The notes below the pieces were generated by a model, which made no database searches, was not told where the DNA came from, and saw nothing but the letters and a program-made list of their open reading frames with translations. A stretch of 64,000 nt of DNA, taken from NCBI RefSeq assembly GCF_001194135.2, contig NC_068993.1, positions 41,719,257 through 41,783,256 of the forward strand, read 5' to 3'. This document shows positions 12,079 to 25,461 of the stretch, piece after piece (position 1 is the stretch's first letter; the number at the start of each line of letters is the position of its first letter). This stretch comes from Octopus bimaculoides (Eukaryota). A program made the position numbers and the translations under genes.

Positions 12079-12481
12079 GTAATAGTAAAGTTATTGATTT
12101 GAATAACAGGCAAATAACAGGTTAAAATAAGCTACTCATTTTCGTTGTAAATTGTTGAGATGGTTTGATGACTTGATGGGTTTAACTGAACTTGCTTAAT
12201 GGGGGAAGAATATTTACTGGATAGTGGTTGAAGAATTAAATTCTAAACCTCAACTAAAGCGTAAAGAAATGATTATTTTTCTGCGCCAAATTAAAGTCAA
12301 ATAGCAACAACAATTAAATCAGGATCAAATTATAAGCGGGCTGGTCGTGATTTGTTGTAATTTCCACGTGATCTCTTTCAATATTAATACTTCCTACCAT
12401 AATATTAGGTCCTTTCATTCGAAAGTTCCATCAACATTTGAATTTATTTCACTGCTACTTATGAAGCGCTTTCTTGCCGTT

Positions 12482-13216
12482 TTTGAATATGCATGCTTAG
12501 ACGTGGAATGACCTATATAAATGAGAAGTTACTGAGGAAAAGAGAAAAAAAATTCAAAGCTGACCTTGGAAGAACTTCTCTTCTTACATTCTTTTTATTT
12601 TTGTCATTTTTCTTGAACCCTGTGATTCATAGGGTTGGTTAAACGGTTTCCATTCCCGTGGTGCTTAAATTACTGAAATCAGAAAATTTCCGCTGAACGT
12701 AATGCCGGTCTGCTTTAGTGTTCAAGGAGCAGCAATTTTTAAGTCTACCCTAGTACTTAACCGGCACTTTACTTTAATGACTGCCAGGGAGGGAAAGGCA
12801 AAGTTAACATCGGCAGAATTTGAACATACAATGTAAACGGACGAAAGAAACGCCTCTAAGCTTTTTGGCGGGACGTGATAACGATTAGGCCAACTCACCG
12901 ACTTTTTAATTCCAATGCCTAGCTAAATTCACCCCTGGTTTGTCAATGTTTTTCTTCCTCGCATCGGTAGTACACTTGAAGTGTATGGCATATAATCCTG
13001 TAGATAGTTCCCATGTGTTTGTTCTTTTACATTTCTTTTTTGTCTGCCATCCCATTCTAATACAAAATTCTTCTCTAATTTATAGTTTTACTCTTCCTCT
13101 AGTCATGGATGACTCATCGTAATGTTGACTCAAGGTCAGCTTTGAATTTTTTTCTCTTTTCTTCAGTAACTTCTCATTTATATAGGTCATTCCACGTCTA
13201 AGCATGCATATTCAAA
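12482..13216. repeat. Long inverted repeat: arms 12482-12568 and 13131-13216, 562-bp spacer containing a decayed family-A SINE (about 12695-12900, minus)
   Basis: The arms are reverse complements with one substitution and one 1-nt indel in the A/T run. No TSD seen. Confidence 0.92.
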
Positions 13217-13681
13217 CACACAATAACTCCTTAAACACACAAACATTAACATATAATAAAACGCATGTATTATTTGCATTCATAAATGTGTAGATAATGA
13301 TAAAATGTGGTTTTCAAAAAACTATATGAAAGGAGTGAGTCAAACAAGTGAAGCGTTAAATATACAAAATTAAATATTTGTCTAAACTAGTTACACAAAT
13401 ACGTACTAAACAACGCAGGGAGTGGCCTCTCTATCTATCTATCTATAATATATATNNNNNNNNNNNNNNNNNNNNNNNNNNNNNNNNNNNNNNNNNNNNN
13501 NNNNNNNNNNNNNNNNNNNNNNNNNNNNNNNNTATATATATATATATATACACATACATACGTTTATCCGAATAAATCGATGTATCTATTTATTTGTCTA
13601 TCTGTCTGTCTGGCTATTTATCTACTTTAATTTCTAGCTTTTTTTTTGTCTCACTATATATATATATATATACATATTACA

Positions 13682-14068
13682 TTTTATCTTTTACTTGTTT
13701 CAGCCATTAGCCTCCGGCTACAGTGGGCACCGCCTTGAAGAATTTTTAGTCGAATGTATCAACCCCAGTACTTGAAGCCTGTTACTTATTCAATCGGTGT
13801 CTTTTGCCAAATCTCTAGGTTACGGGGACGTATACAAACTAACACCGGTTATCAAGCAAGAATTGTGGTGGGACCAACACACACACACACACACACAAAC
13901 CTATACATATAAACAATAGGCTTCTTTCAGTTTCCGTCTACTGAATCCACTCACAAGGCTTTGGTCAGCGCCAGGCTATAGTAGAAGACACTAGCCAAAG
14001 GTGTTGCGCAGTGAGTCTGAACCCGTAACTATGCGGTTAGGAAGTAGCTTTTTACCACACAACCACCT
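13682..14068 (-). mobile_element. SINE family B, full length
   Basis: Tail TTTTACTTGTTTCAG...GGGCACCGCC, body TTACGGGGACGTA..ACACCGGTTATCAAGC, (CA)n, head CTTCTTTCAGTTTCCGTCTAC...TGAACCCG...TTTTACCACACAACCAC. Confidence 0.88.
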
Positions 14069-14096
14069 CGTTCTTATGTATGTATTGAAGTTCGTG

Positions 14097-14133
<37 letters not shown>

Positions 14134-14869
14134 AGTTATTTGTGTTTATGTTATATCTATACAAAAAATAAGAAATCCCCAGAAACCGAGAAAGAAGGCG
14201 TGATACATATGTGTGTGTGCCTGCGCGCGCACGCTTGTGTATATATGTATAAATTTGTTCATATATATATATATATATATATATATACGTTCATATGTAT
14301 TTACATATATATGTATATATACACAAACACGCCTAAATACACTGAGAGAGAGAATGGAAAAGAGAAAAGAGAGAATGACAGACAGAGAGCTAACCATGCC
14401 GACGAACAGAAAGGAAGTTAGATAGCCCTAAACATCATTACTCTAAAACAAGAAATTATTTTTACTCCTTTCACAACAGAAGAATGTGTCATCTCCAAGG
14501 ATTTGTTTTCACAACCTGGAGGTGGTCTCCTAACCTCCGTTTAAAGCTGTTATCTGAAGCTGTTTTGGTATAGTTCATGCTTCAATACATAAGTTTTAAT
14601 TGTGTGAACAATACAGTCCAGTCCGCTCCCTACTTACTGCTATTCACATGTGATATCTTGGCAATCTTATATATTTTAACTACATCGCTATTTATCGGGT
14701 AATGGCATTGCTTAGTGTGCCGAAGTAACGAGATTTTAACAGAGTTATCATCGACTTTTATCAGGGTGGTATTATCGTAGATATATCTTGTGTAAACAAA
14801 TACAATATACTTTATACTAGCAATCTAGTTGATTTAACAATTGGGAAAATATAAAATTTATCATTACTA

Positions 14870-15017
<148 letters not shown>

Positions 15018-15139
15018 TACAATCGTTTCGGGGTTCATAAAATAAATAACCATTGCAGTCCTGGAGCCGTTGGTATCGACAGATACCTTGCCTTACTCTG
15101 ACAACTGTTCGATTTGTATCTCAAACAGAAACCATTGAG

Positions 15140-15368
15140 AAGGCAGCAAGCTGGCAGGATAGTTAAAGCGTTAGGGGAAAAAAAAAAAGCTTTGTGTAAT
15201 TTGTTTCGTCTCTTTATATCCTGAGTTCAAATCCTGCGGACATCAACTTTGTTTTCCATTTGTCCGGGGTCGATAAAAGAAAGTACCAGTCAAGTAAGTA
15301 GGGAAGGGCTGATGTCATCTATTTACATACAACCTTGAAAATTGTTGACATTATGACAAAATTAAAAG
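15140..15368 (+). mobile_element. SINE family A, degraded
   Basis: AGGCAGCAAGCTGGCAGGATAG head, GAGTTCAAATCC B-box, CGGGGTCGATAAAAGAAAGTACCAG. Confidence 0.78.
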
Positions 15369-15397
15369 CATTTCCTGAATCGAGAGTTCAAGTTTTT

Positions 15398-16290
15398 GGC
15401 TAGGGTGCTAAGTAAGAGATCAGAGCTTGTTGTCGACTCTCTGGAAGGTGAGACACAAATATGTGACACCCCAAACACATCTATTCACGGGCATCTTTCA
15501 TTTCATGAATTACATCATAGAAAGACTGGGTAAGAAATTTGGCAGAGGTGGAGCCCAAATCAATTTAGATTTCGATAGGATTAACCATCAATACTCGCAT
15601 CTGTTCTCATGGCGGTTGGTTTAAACCCAGTCTCCAGAGATTAGATCACTGCAATCAACGTCAACTCGTTGGTCAGATCTACCGGATTGGTTCAGTATCT
15701 TGCATTCGGTCTACCAAGGTTGCCCATCACCACCACTATCACTCTCACCTCGTTTGTACATCCTCGCGCTTGAGTCACTACAGCGAAAAATTATAGGTTT
15801 CAAATGGCATCCGGCGAGAGCTTCGATGCGGAAGAGCTGTGCTGGTTCTCGAGCAGATCGGAACAGTTGAGGGGCATCCCTTTTGAACAAGATCATGGGA
15901 AAGTAGTGTCGGCTTTCGCAGATGAAGTCACCGTCATGGTGTCGGATGTCTCCGAAGTGCAGACGGTCGGCATCATTTTAAAGGAATAGGAAATGTTTGC
16001 AGAGGCCAAAAATCAACGCCGACAAGTTAGTGGGCTTGCGACTGGGCACATGGAAAAGCAGAACAATGCCGTCACACGGCGTCGTTAGACGCTGGACTGA
16101 CGGACCAGTTGAACTGCTGGACGCCTGGTTCAGTCCTGACCTCTTTGTAGATAAAGACTGGGACGAGGTGACGAACACGATGGCCAATGTTATCCAAATG
16201 TGGGCTGAAATGAAGCTGTAACTGACGGGTCGGGCAGAGGTGGCGTATGCCTACATCACATCTGTTATCAGTTATCGTCGAGCCCTGCGC
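15398..16290 (+). mobile_element. L1/Tx1-clade LINE reverse-transcriptase fragment (pseudogene)
   Basis: Peptides HFMNYIIERLGKKFGRGGAQINLDFDRINHQY, QG.PSPPLS..LYILALE, RGIPFEQDHGKVVSAFADEVTVMVSD (YADD decayed to FADE), KINADKLVGLRLGTW..RWTDGPVELLDAWFSPDL, GRAEVA. These are typical Tx1 RT motifs. Confidence 0.85.
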
Positions 16291-16392
16291 CGTTTAACGC
16301 TTGACCAGATTGGAGCGTCTCTTATTTAATTTCTTGTGGAAGGGGCTCATTTCAATGGTCCTGACGCTAGTCTGCTGCCACCACCCGCTGAG

Positions 16393-16545
16393 TTCTGAGT
16401 TCAAATTCCGCCGAGGTCGAATTTGCTTTTCATCCTTTCGGAGTAGATAAAATATGTACCAGTTCAACAGTGGGATCGATGTAATCGGATCATCCCCTCC
16501 CCCAAAATTGCTGCCATTGTGACACAACTTGAAACTATTATTATT
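16393..16545 (+). mobile_element. SINE family A, 5'-truncated
   Basis: GAGTTCAAATTCCGCCGAGGTCGAATTTGCTTTTCATCCTTTCGGAGTAGATAAAATATGTACCAG...CCCCAAAATTGCTG. Confidence 0.85.
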
Positions 16546-16664
16546 TTTATTATCTCTCTCGAGTCGATCGGAAAGAAGAATTATCTAGCCCTGGATGGTA
16601 GCGATTAACCTCTGCCCAAAATTCTGGGCTGGTTCCTATACCAAAAGCAACAACAACAGCTATT

Positions 16665-16665
16665 G

Positions 16666-16719
<54 letters not shown>

Positions 16720-16803
16720 TTACCACCACCACCATCACAACCACCACCACCACCACCACCACTACCACCACCACTACCACCACCACCACCACTACTACTA
16801 CTA

Positions 16804-16835
<32 letters not shown>

Positions 16836-16846
16836 GCTGCTGCTGC
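16665..16846. repeat. Compound trinucleotide microsatellite (CTA)n(CCA)n(CTA)n(CTG)n
   Basis: Seen directly; source of the poly-Y/H/L/P/V ORFs. Confidence 0.95.
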
Positions 16847-17838
16847 GTTATATCTATGTTTCAGGCAGTAAAGAAATACTTCATTTGCAATGTATTAGCC
16901 ACGATGACAAATAAGTTCGAGTGACGAGAGAGTATGCAAAGCAGAAACTCCTGTAATGGGTGAGTAGAACAAATTTGAAGACAGTTTGGAGACAGATAAG
17001 GTTCATAATATTCTAGGTTACAGCTATTGATTTCCTTCTAAAATAGGTTTGTTGCAGGAGATAGTCCATACAAAATTGTCAAACTCTCTGCTAGTTTTTA
17101 TTGGGTAATATATACAATGTTAGGATAAACTTTCAGTAATACGAATAAAACAGTGCGATTATAGGTGAAAGATTCAAGCAAAACTAAGTACCTCTACATT
17201 TTGTATATATTGAAACGTTGAGCGTGTTAGACTTTATACCACTGTTAGGAGTAGTATCTGTCTGTTGTACATTAAAAATGGAAAAAATTATATTCAGCTT
17301 CCGTAACCAGTTGAAATTTTGTATGTTGTCTTAGCGAGAAAAATTGCTTCATCTACAATGTTCCTGTATAGTAACAAAAAGAAAAACAAACAAAAAAAGG
17401 AAGAGTTTCTCTTCGAGTTATACCAAATTTATGAGCGTAACATTCTAAGAGTAATATGATGTGTGGGTCCGTGATTATATAGAAGTAAAATGGAACTGTT
17501 TTTCTACCAATAATACATAATTAGAAGATTATATAAATGATATTGTACGGTATACAATAATGCTATTAATTGATAAACACGTTGTAAATTGATGTAAGTA
17601 TATTGTGTAAGTGTGTGTATGCATGTGTGGGTCCCTCTTTTACGTACTTCAATGCACCAGTGCTGGAATGCACTGCCCTCTACAGTTAGTCGGATGCTTC
17701 AACTCCAGAACATATTCTGAGCCTGGTACTTACTCAACGGTATTTTTTAACAAGAAATTAATAGGAACAGAGAGAAACCAACAACGGTCGTTCAGGATTC
17801 GGGGATATACAACCCACAGATACACACAGACACACATA

Positions 17839-17898
<60 letters not shown>

Positions 17899-18148
17899 CA
17901 GGGTTGCTGCATAATTATTGCGGCTTTTTTTCAACAAATTTTATTAAACAAAAGAATAACAATATTTAACAAAAACATTTTTAAATGACGGTCTGACCGT
18001 CTGCCAAGCAAATGGGAAGCAGTAATTGCAGTTGATGGTCAATATGCTCCTGAATAATCATTTAAAGATGTTTTCGTTACATGTTGTCATTGCTTTTGTT
18101 GAATAAAAATTGTTGAACAAAAGCCGCAATAATTATGCACCAACCCAA
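17899..18148 (+). mobile_element. Mariner-derived MITE (250 bp)
   Basis: Inverted termini of about 60 bp (CAGGGTTGCTGCATAATTATTGCGGCTTTT... / ...AAAAGCCGCAATAATTATGCACCAACCCAA) flanked by TA. The interior encodes a transposase C-terminus, RLPSKWEAVIAVDGQYAPE*. Confidence 0.88.
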
Positions 18149-18207
<59 letters not shown>

Positions 18208-18878
18208 ATATATATANNNNNNNNNNNNNNNNNNNNNNNNNNNNNNNNNNNNNNNNNNNNNNNNNNNNNNNNNNNNNNNNNNNNNNNNNNNNNNNNNNNN
18301 NNNNNNNNNNNNNNNNNNNNNNNNNNNNNNNNNNNNNNNNNNNNNNNNNNNNNNNNNNNNNNNNNNNNNNNNNNNNNNNNNNNNNNNNNNNNNNNNNNNN
18401 NNNNNNNNNNNNNNNNNNNNNNNNNNNNNNNNNNNNNNNNNNNNNNNNNNNNNNNNNNNNNNNNNNNNNNNNNNNNNNNNNNNNNNNNNNNNNNNNNNNN
18501 NNNNNNNNNNNNNNNNNNNNNNNNNNNNNNNNNNNNNNNNNNNNNNNNNNNNNNNNNNNNNNNNNNNNNNNNNNNNNNNNNNNNNNNNNNNNNNNNNNNN
18601 NNNNNNNNNNNNNNNNNNNNNNNNNNNNNNNNNNNNNNNNNNNNNNNNNNNNNNNNNNNNNNNNNNNNNNNNNNNNNNNNNNNNNNNNNNNNNNNNNNNN
18701 NNNNNNNNNNNNNNNNNNNNNNNNNNNNNNNNNNNNNNNNNNNNNNNNNNNNNNNNNNNNNNNNNNNNNNNNNNNNNNNNNNNNNNNNNNNNNNNNNNNN
18801 NNNNNNNNNNNNNNNNNNNNNNNNNNNNNNNNNNNNNNNNNNNNNNNNNNNNNNNNNNNNNNNNNNNNNNNNNNNNNN

Positions 18879-18914
<36 letters not shown>

Positions 18915-21374
18915 TGAACTTACGTACATATATACTTATATACACATATATATATATATCCATTTACATATAACTTTAGAACTTTACATAAAATAATTTC
19001 CTACCTTTCTTTGATTGGCTGGTTATACAGTAATTGCACCAATCTAAATGAGAAATGATATTTCTGATGTAAAACATTTTTTTTTTTAGTAAGTTTGATT
19101 TATATTCAAACTGGATGGACGGAGAGTTAGAGCTGAAATTATATTCAATCAAAAGTCCCCAGATATTCCACACCCTACCTGTAAGTTGATTGAATTACAA
19201 GAATAAGAACGGCTGCAGTAAGACTGCTAAATTATTAATATAATTTCTAAATATGTGTAACACATCGCAGGTGTATTCTGCTAAAATAACTGTGGTAAAG
19301 GGAGAAAAAAATAATCAGCCTGATGAATTTCAGTTCCAAAATGGTCGCTAATATGTAGAAGCAAAATATGTTGTTTGTAAGTTTTTTTCTAAAGAATATT
19401 TGTCTATTACACCGAAAGGAAATTTAATATGTTAGAGAGCGTGAAAGGCCTCTAGGGGAATCTTGTTTCCAATGAAATAGTTGTAAGTTTGATCAATGTA
19501 TTGATATTTCTTTATGTAGAATAATTATCGATAGTTCCTTCTATGTTATAGTTCGTTGTAAATCAATAACTCAGTATTCTTTTCCATTTCATCAGAATAA
19601 ATTTCCTAAAATTCAACATCTTTCTCCATTATTTGCCTGCAATAAAATAATGGTCGATTATGAAAAATATCTCAAAATTTTTGCATACATTTGCCAATAG
19701 TTTTGACAGTTTCAAATGAGTTGCATATATTCTAATGAAGCTCTGTTTTTAATTATCTATTCTATAACCCAAGAGACCCATAACCCATTCTTTTATTTAC
19801 CGTTGCCTGAATCGTAGCAAATATTCCCTCATGGCAATTATTTTCCTGCATATTTTGAATAAACTGATTCGGCATGTAATCCATACGATAATTTTCCATA
19901 AAATTTACTAGATAAAGAATAAAATACATATTCTATTGTTTGTTGTATAAGATCTCATACAGATCTTAACAGCTCTTTGTATTTTCACACATTCATTATA
20001 TCATGCATCCATTGTGCATTAATGCTATGTATTTCCACGTTAAATCCAAATACACGGGGCTGTATTGGAATTTTGGAAGCAAACAAATGCTAATTCCCAA
20101 CGAGGTTATGAGAGTTGTTTTTATTTTATTATTTTCATTTATTCATTTTTTTTTTTCATAAGCTTATATATTTTTTTCTCCTTTAAACCATTTTTTGTAT
20201 TTCTGCAGTTTTGCTGTTTTTACAATAATGGAGTCTTCTATCAATAAAACATGATGAATCCGAAGAATTTCCATATATCGTTGAAATGACATTGAAATGT
20301 ATATTTGAGTAGAGAGTTCATTCATTTATTTACTCGAGTGAACCTTTCTTGCTGAACGTTTGAATTAATCAAATTTAAATAAGATAAAGACGATTACAAA
20401 ATGATAAAAAAAAATTATATAGAAATAACTTTATTTAAACCACAGGGACGGTTCAGTTTTTAGCAGCGAAGAATTACTTAAAGAAAACTCTATTGAAATT
20501 CGAAAACAAACAAAAAATATAAATTTCTTTTTTTTGTCTCTTTATTATTCCTCGTTGTGCTGATGAAAAGACGGATCTAATCGAAGGATAATTAAACTTG
20601 TTTTGCAGATCAATGAAAACAAAAGAAATTGATCATATCTCACCAGAAAGGCTCCAAGGTAAAACAAAATAAATATTAAAAAAAAAAGCACAACGAAATC
20701 AAAACATAGCAAAAATAAAAAACTGTCAAGAAATTTAGAACATGGCAATTAATTCTATTTTTATGAATGCTAGCATTCATTAATATTTCTGAAACGTGTG
20801 GCAATCAATGAGGTGAGTACAGAGAGGCAGGATCGATAATTTATCTTTTCAGTGCCTGGGAAGAGAACATTACTCAATGTCCGTACATGGTATGAACAGT
20901 AAGCTTAGCAGATTTAATTTCCCTCTTTGAATCTCAATACGATTTCATTTACGTAGATTTAGAATCTAATTTCCAAGCTAATGCCTTTACTATCTTGAAA
21001 TTCAGGTTTTTGTCGTCATTTCCAGAGAGCGGCAGCACTGAATCTAATTAAAACTTATGTGATAAATAAAGATTCATGAAATGCCAGTTTAACACTTGTC
21101 AAATATATGTAGCGCCGTTTTGGCTTAGAAAATTCCTTTAAAAAGTGTCTTCAAGTTCAAAGTTGGGCATCGTCCTTAAATGAAATGTATTTTGATGTTC
21201 ATAGGTGTTAACAAGTTTGCTTTTTTTTTTTATTGTTAAATTGTAATTCTGCATAATCTGTTTTCAGAGAAAGCAATGGCGCTTAGGAGGAATTAAATAT
21301 AATTAACGAGTATATTTATGTCTCTGTTTCTGTCTGTCTGTCTGTCTGTCTGACTGTCTCTCTCTCTCCCCTCT

Positions 21375-21447
<73 letters not shown>

Positions 21448-21812
21448 GTGTGTGTGTGTATGCACACATGTACGTATATGTGTGTGTATGTATGTGTGTC
21501 TGTATATATATATATATATGTGTGTGTGGGGGGTGTATGTGTGTGTGTTTGTGTACGTAGGTATATATGCATGTATGTGGGTGTGTATATGTATACATAC
21601 ATATGCATGTATTACTAAATACACTAATATATTTTAATCCATTGTTACGTCTGTAAATAAAAATTAATTAAATACCGTACAAGCATACATACATAAATAC
21701 ATGAATACATGCAATCATGCATACATACATCCATGTGTATGTACGTACGTAAATATATACATACAAAGAACTTACATAGATACATACATACATACATTCA
21801 TACATACGTACA

Positions 21813-21845
<33 letters not shown>

Positions 21846-22005
21846 GTCTTTTACTTGATTCAGTCATAAGATCGGGACCGTGCTTGACGTCTGCCTTGCG
21901 GGATTTTAGTGGAGCAAATCGAACCAAATTTTTCAAGATATGGCATTTATTGTCAAGTGGGTCTTTCAGTTTGGGAAAGAAGCAAACTTCTTAACACACA
22001 GCCAT
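21846..22005 (-). mobile_element. SINE family B, internally deleted
   Basis: TTTTACTTGATTCAGTCAT tail; TCTTTCAGTTT and CTTCTTAACACACAGCCATG head pieces. Confidence 0.65.
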
Positions 22006-22492
22006 GTAAGAATTGTACATGTAAATTAAGCAACTTAAATTAAATACCATATGCTTGTGTATGTGTGTGTATGTTTGTATATATATATATATATATATAT
22101 ATATNNNNNNNNNNNNNNNNNNNNNNNNNNNNNNNNNNNNNNNNNNNNNNNNNNNNNNNNNNNNNNNNNNNNNNNNNNNNNNNNNNNNNNNNNNNNNNNN
22201 NNNNNNNNNNNNNNNNNNNNNNNNNNNNNNNNNNNNNNNNNNNNNNNNNNNNNNNNNNNNNNNNNNNNNNNNNNNNNNNNNNNNNNNNNNNNNNNNNNNN
22301 NNNNNNNNNNNNNNNNNNNNNNNNNNNNNNNNNNNNNNNNNNNNNNNNNNNNNNNNNNNNNNNNNNNNNNNNNNNNNNNNNNNNNNNNNNNNNNNNNNNN
22401 NNNNNNNNNNNNNNNNNNNNNNNNNNNNNNNNNNNNNNNNNNNNNNNNNNNNNNNNNNNNNNNNNNNNNNNNNNNNNNNNNNNNNNNNNNNN

Positions 22493-22911
22493 ATTTGTCT
22501 GTGTGATGTTTCATGAGGACAATGCGCAACCACACACTGCAAAGATCACATCACAGAAAATCGAAGAACTTGGTTCGGAAAAAATTCCTTATCCACCTTA
22601 TTCTCCTGACCTTGCTCCTTCAGACTACCATTTGTTTCGTAGTTTACAGAAACATTTGGGGGACATAACTTTCGCAAGCCAGGAGGAGGTCGAAGCTGAC
22701 ATTTCAGAGTTCTTCGATTTGAAACCAAAAGAATTTTACATTGATGGGATGTAAAAGCTTGTAAATAGATGGAAGGAAGTCATAGATAATCAGGGAAAGT
22801 ACATTGATGATTAAATCTTAATTAAATATGACATTTGATCACTTGTTTTCTTTATTCAAAATTCACTTGATTTCTTTATTCAAAATTCGAACAGAACTTG
22901 TGATGACCTGA
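22493..22911 (+). mobile_element. Mariner 3' half (D,D34D transposase fragment plus right TIR); the 5' part is lost in the gap
   Basis: VMFHEDNAQPHTAKIT...PYSPDLAPSDYHLFRSLQ with exactly 34 residues between D2 and D3, then KLVNRWKEVIDNQGKYIDD*. Ends ...GAACTTGTGATGACCTGA|TA, with a 24-bp tandem duplication at 22840-22887. Confidence 0.92.
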
Positions 22912-23248
22912 TAGTAAAGATCTTGGCTCATTTCGAAAGTCCACTGAAACCTTTCTCGCAAGTTCTGTGATCTACTATAGCTGACTCCATGTTCTTTCGT
23001 CGCAATAGTGTTATTATAGTAATTTTCCACGCGGTATGTATTTCTCTGTTTCGTTACTGCTACGATCTTTTCAAGAAACTTTGTTTCTTTGTATTTACAA
23101 ATAAGATAACCATTTCTTTTAACATGCTTGTGTCAATGGAAAAAAATTATAAGGGATAGTATTCATTACCATGGAGAATGAATGCCAATGTGTCTGTATT
23201 CGTCGCCATATTGTATGTATACGTGCGCGTATAAACATCATGTATGTA

Positions 23249-23279
<31 letters not shown>

Positions 23280-23357
23280 CTGTGTTTGTACGTTCCTAAT
23301 TGTGTGTGTCTGTGTGTATGTCTGTGTGTGTATACACTGCTGGTGCAGCCTTCTCAC

Positions 23358-23452
23358 CCTCCAGCTGATGCATTTTCGATCTGATTGCTGAGTCAATTGT
23401 AGTAGGTCGACAAGAGGGGGTAGGCGTCTCTGTTCGTTCAACTTATAGGCAC
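23358..23452 (-). CDS. Candidate internal exon (95 nt; GAYKLNEQRRLPPLVDLLQLTQQSDRKCISWR)
   Basis: Acceptor TTTTGTTAATAATTTTAG|, donor AGG|GTGAGA. Only one frame is open, and it is phase-compatible with 29079-29118. No homology recognised. Confidence 0.22.
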
Positions 23453-25145
23453 CTAAAATTATTAACAAAATCGCGACACTGGCTACTTGGTGCCGACGAA
23501 GTATATGATTATTTGTGATTGTGTATAAAAATACACAAAGCAATGCAAAGAACAGTGGCTGTGAGAGACATATCAATACTATAATAAAGATAGCTACTTA
23601 TTAATTAGCTGGGAGTATGTAACTTTTACAGGAAAATTGTAATTTTAATATATTTTTATTAAAATGTTGTTTTCGAGATTCTTTTATTACTGAAAATTTC
23701 AACTACAGAAAACCAATTTTAATTCACTGTGAGCGATTTTAAACCGTCTTTTCTTTTTATCCTTCTCTCTCTTTCTTCCCCCTCTCTCTCCCTTGTCTCT
23801 CTTTCTTTCTCATTTTCTTTCTCTTTCTCTCTTTCGTTATCTCTCTCTCTCCCTCTCTCCCTCTCTTTCTCTTCCATTCTTTCTCCTTTTCTCTTTCTCG
23901 CACTTCATTGAGCCACTTTCTCTGGACATAGTAAAAAGCATTTCTCCAAATTATGAGTTTAATCGAACGTCAGCAAATTATATTGATTCCATTCTCATTG
24001 TGTGTTTGTTGGGTATTTTTCAAGACATAGAAAGCTGAATACAAAAAAAGTGGTCTTAATTTTTTTACGTCAAATGTTCTATTTGTAAATACATTTCATT
24101 TTTTTTCAAGTAAAGTATTTATTTAAAAAGTAGCCATTATAGAAGACTATTACAGTACATGATAAAGACCATTATCCGAAGTCTGTTACATACTTCCAAT
24201 AGTTACTTCCTTTGCTGAGATAGCCACTGATTGTGTTATCAGTGTTCAAATGATGAACTGGAATAAAAAGAAATATCGTTTCCCCCTCTAAGTACATCTG
24301 TAGTTGTTTCTTTCTATTGGTTATTAATACTAAAATGTCCAAATATCTATCGACGGAAAGGTAGCGCAGAGAAAATAATATGTTATACAATTACATGTGT
24401 TCGAATTAGAAGAGTTAACAATAAAATGTGTAAATATTATTTGACAAACGACAGAAAGCCACCCGGAAGGCGTTGTTTCTGCCAATAGTTAGAAACAAAG
24501 AAAGCTGGAGACCGGAAATCATTATTCTAATGTGTTTCGGCAGTTATTTCTTAGACGATCTATCGGCTAGGAAACAATAATAATAAATCTAGACACGCAG
24601 TGCAAGCTTAAAATTTATAGATCTATTCTGAAGTATATCATAGAATCACAAAAGTAACAGCGTTAACAGGTCGGTCATTCATAAAATTGATTTAACTGCC
24701 AAGAATATGTCATTTATGTAAATCAGTCCGTCTGATTTAATATAGTGATTATAAAAGTGGCTGGAAATATATGATATTATAGAACGTTAATCGGTAGCTG
24801 GAACTTTCAAAATGTTGACTGAATCTAATCCATGGATCAGTCTTTCTTTGTTTACAGTAAAATGGTATGAGTATAAAAACAATGTTTTCTCATTTAAGGT
24901 AGTCTAGTGTGTTTTATTAATTAAAAGTTTTGGCTTTCGATGATCTTTTAATTAATTTAAATTAATTAACACACGCAATAAATACCAACTCAAAAGATAT
25001 CAGTAAGCTCTGTTGTATATATATATGTGAGTGTGTATGTGTGTGTGTGTATTTGTGTGTGTGTGTGTGTACATACATATACATATATGTATATGAATAT
25101 ATATATCTCAAAATATCAAATAAAACGTCAGTAGTACATGAGTTT

Positions 25146-25186
<41 letters not shown>

Positions 25187-25461
25187 AGAGTGCACACACA
25201 GAAATACACATACACCCACAGAGCCACACATGGCTCGCTCTACGCACGCAGTTTCCGTCTACGAAATTCACTCACGAGGAATTGGTCGGACCATGACTAC
25301 AACTGTAAACACTTGCCCAAGTGTTGTGCAATGGCACAAAATACTAAGAAATATAGTTGCAAAACAAGGTCCTTGAAACATACAGTCATACCTGCATCCA
25401 TAATATATAATGCTTCTATGTGTCTTTATGCATGGATTACAAATATATATATTTATTATTA

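Noticed and set aside
16865-16959. Exon-like segment with strong TTTCAG| and |GTGAGT sites
   Set aside because: All three frames contain stops; it could only be a UTR or start exon, and nothing else supports it.
20609-20658. Plus-strand exon candidate SMKTKEIDHISPERLQ (and 49424-49487, GLLLNLSSIFFFLSRRKRSR*)
   Set aside because: The splice sites are good, but the segments are short, have no homology, and such hits are expected by chance in AT-rich DNA.
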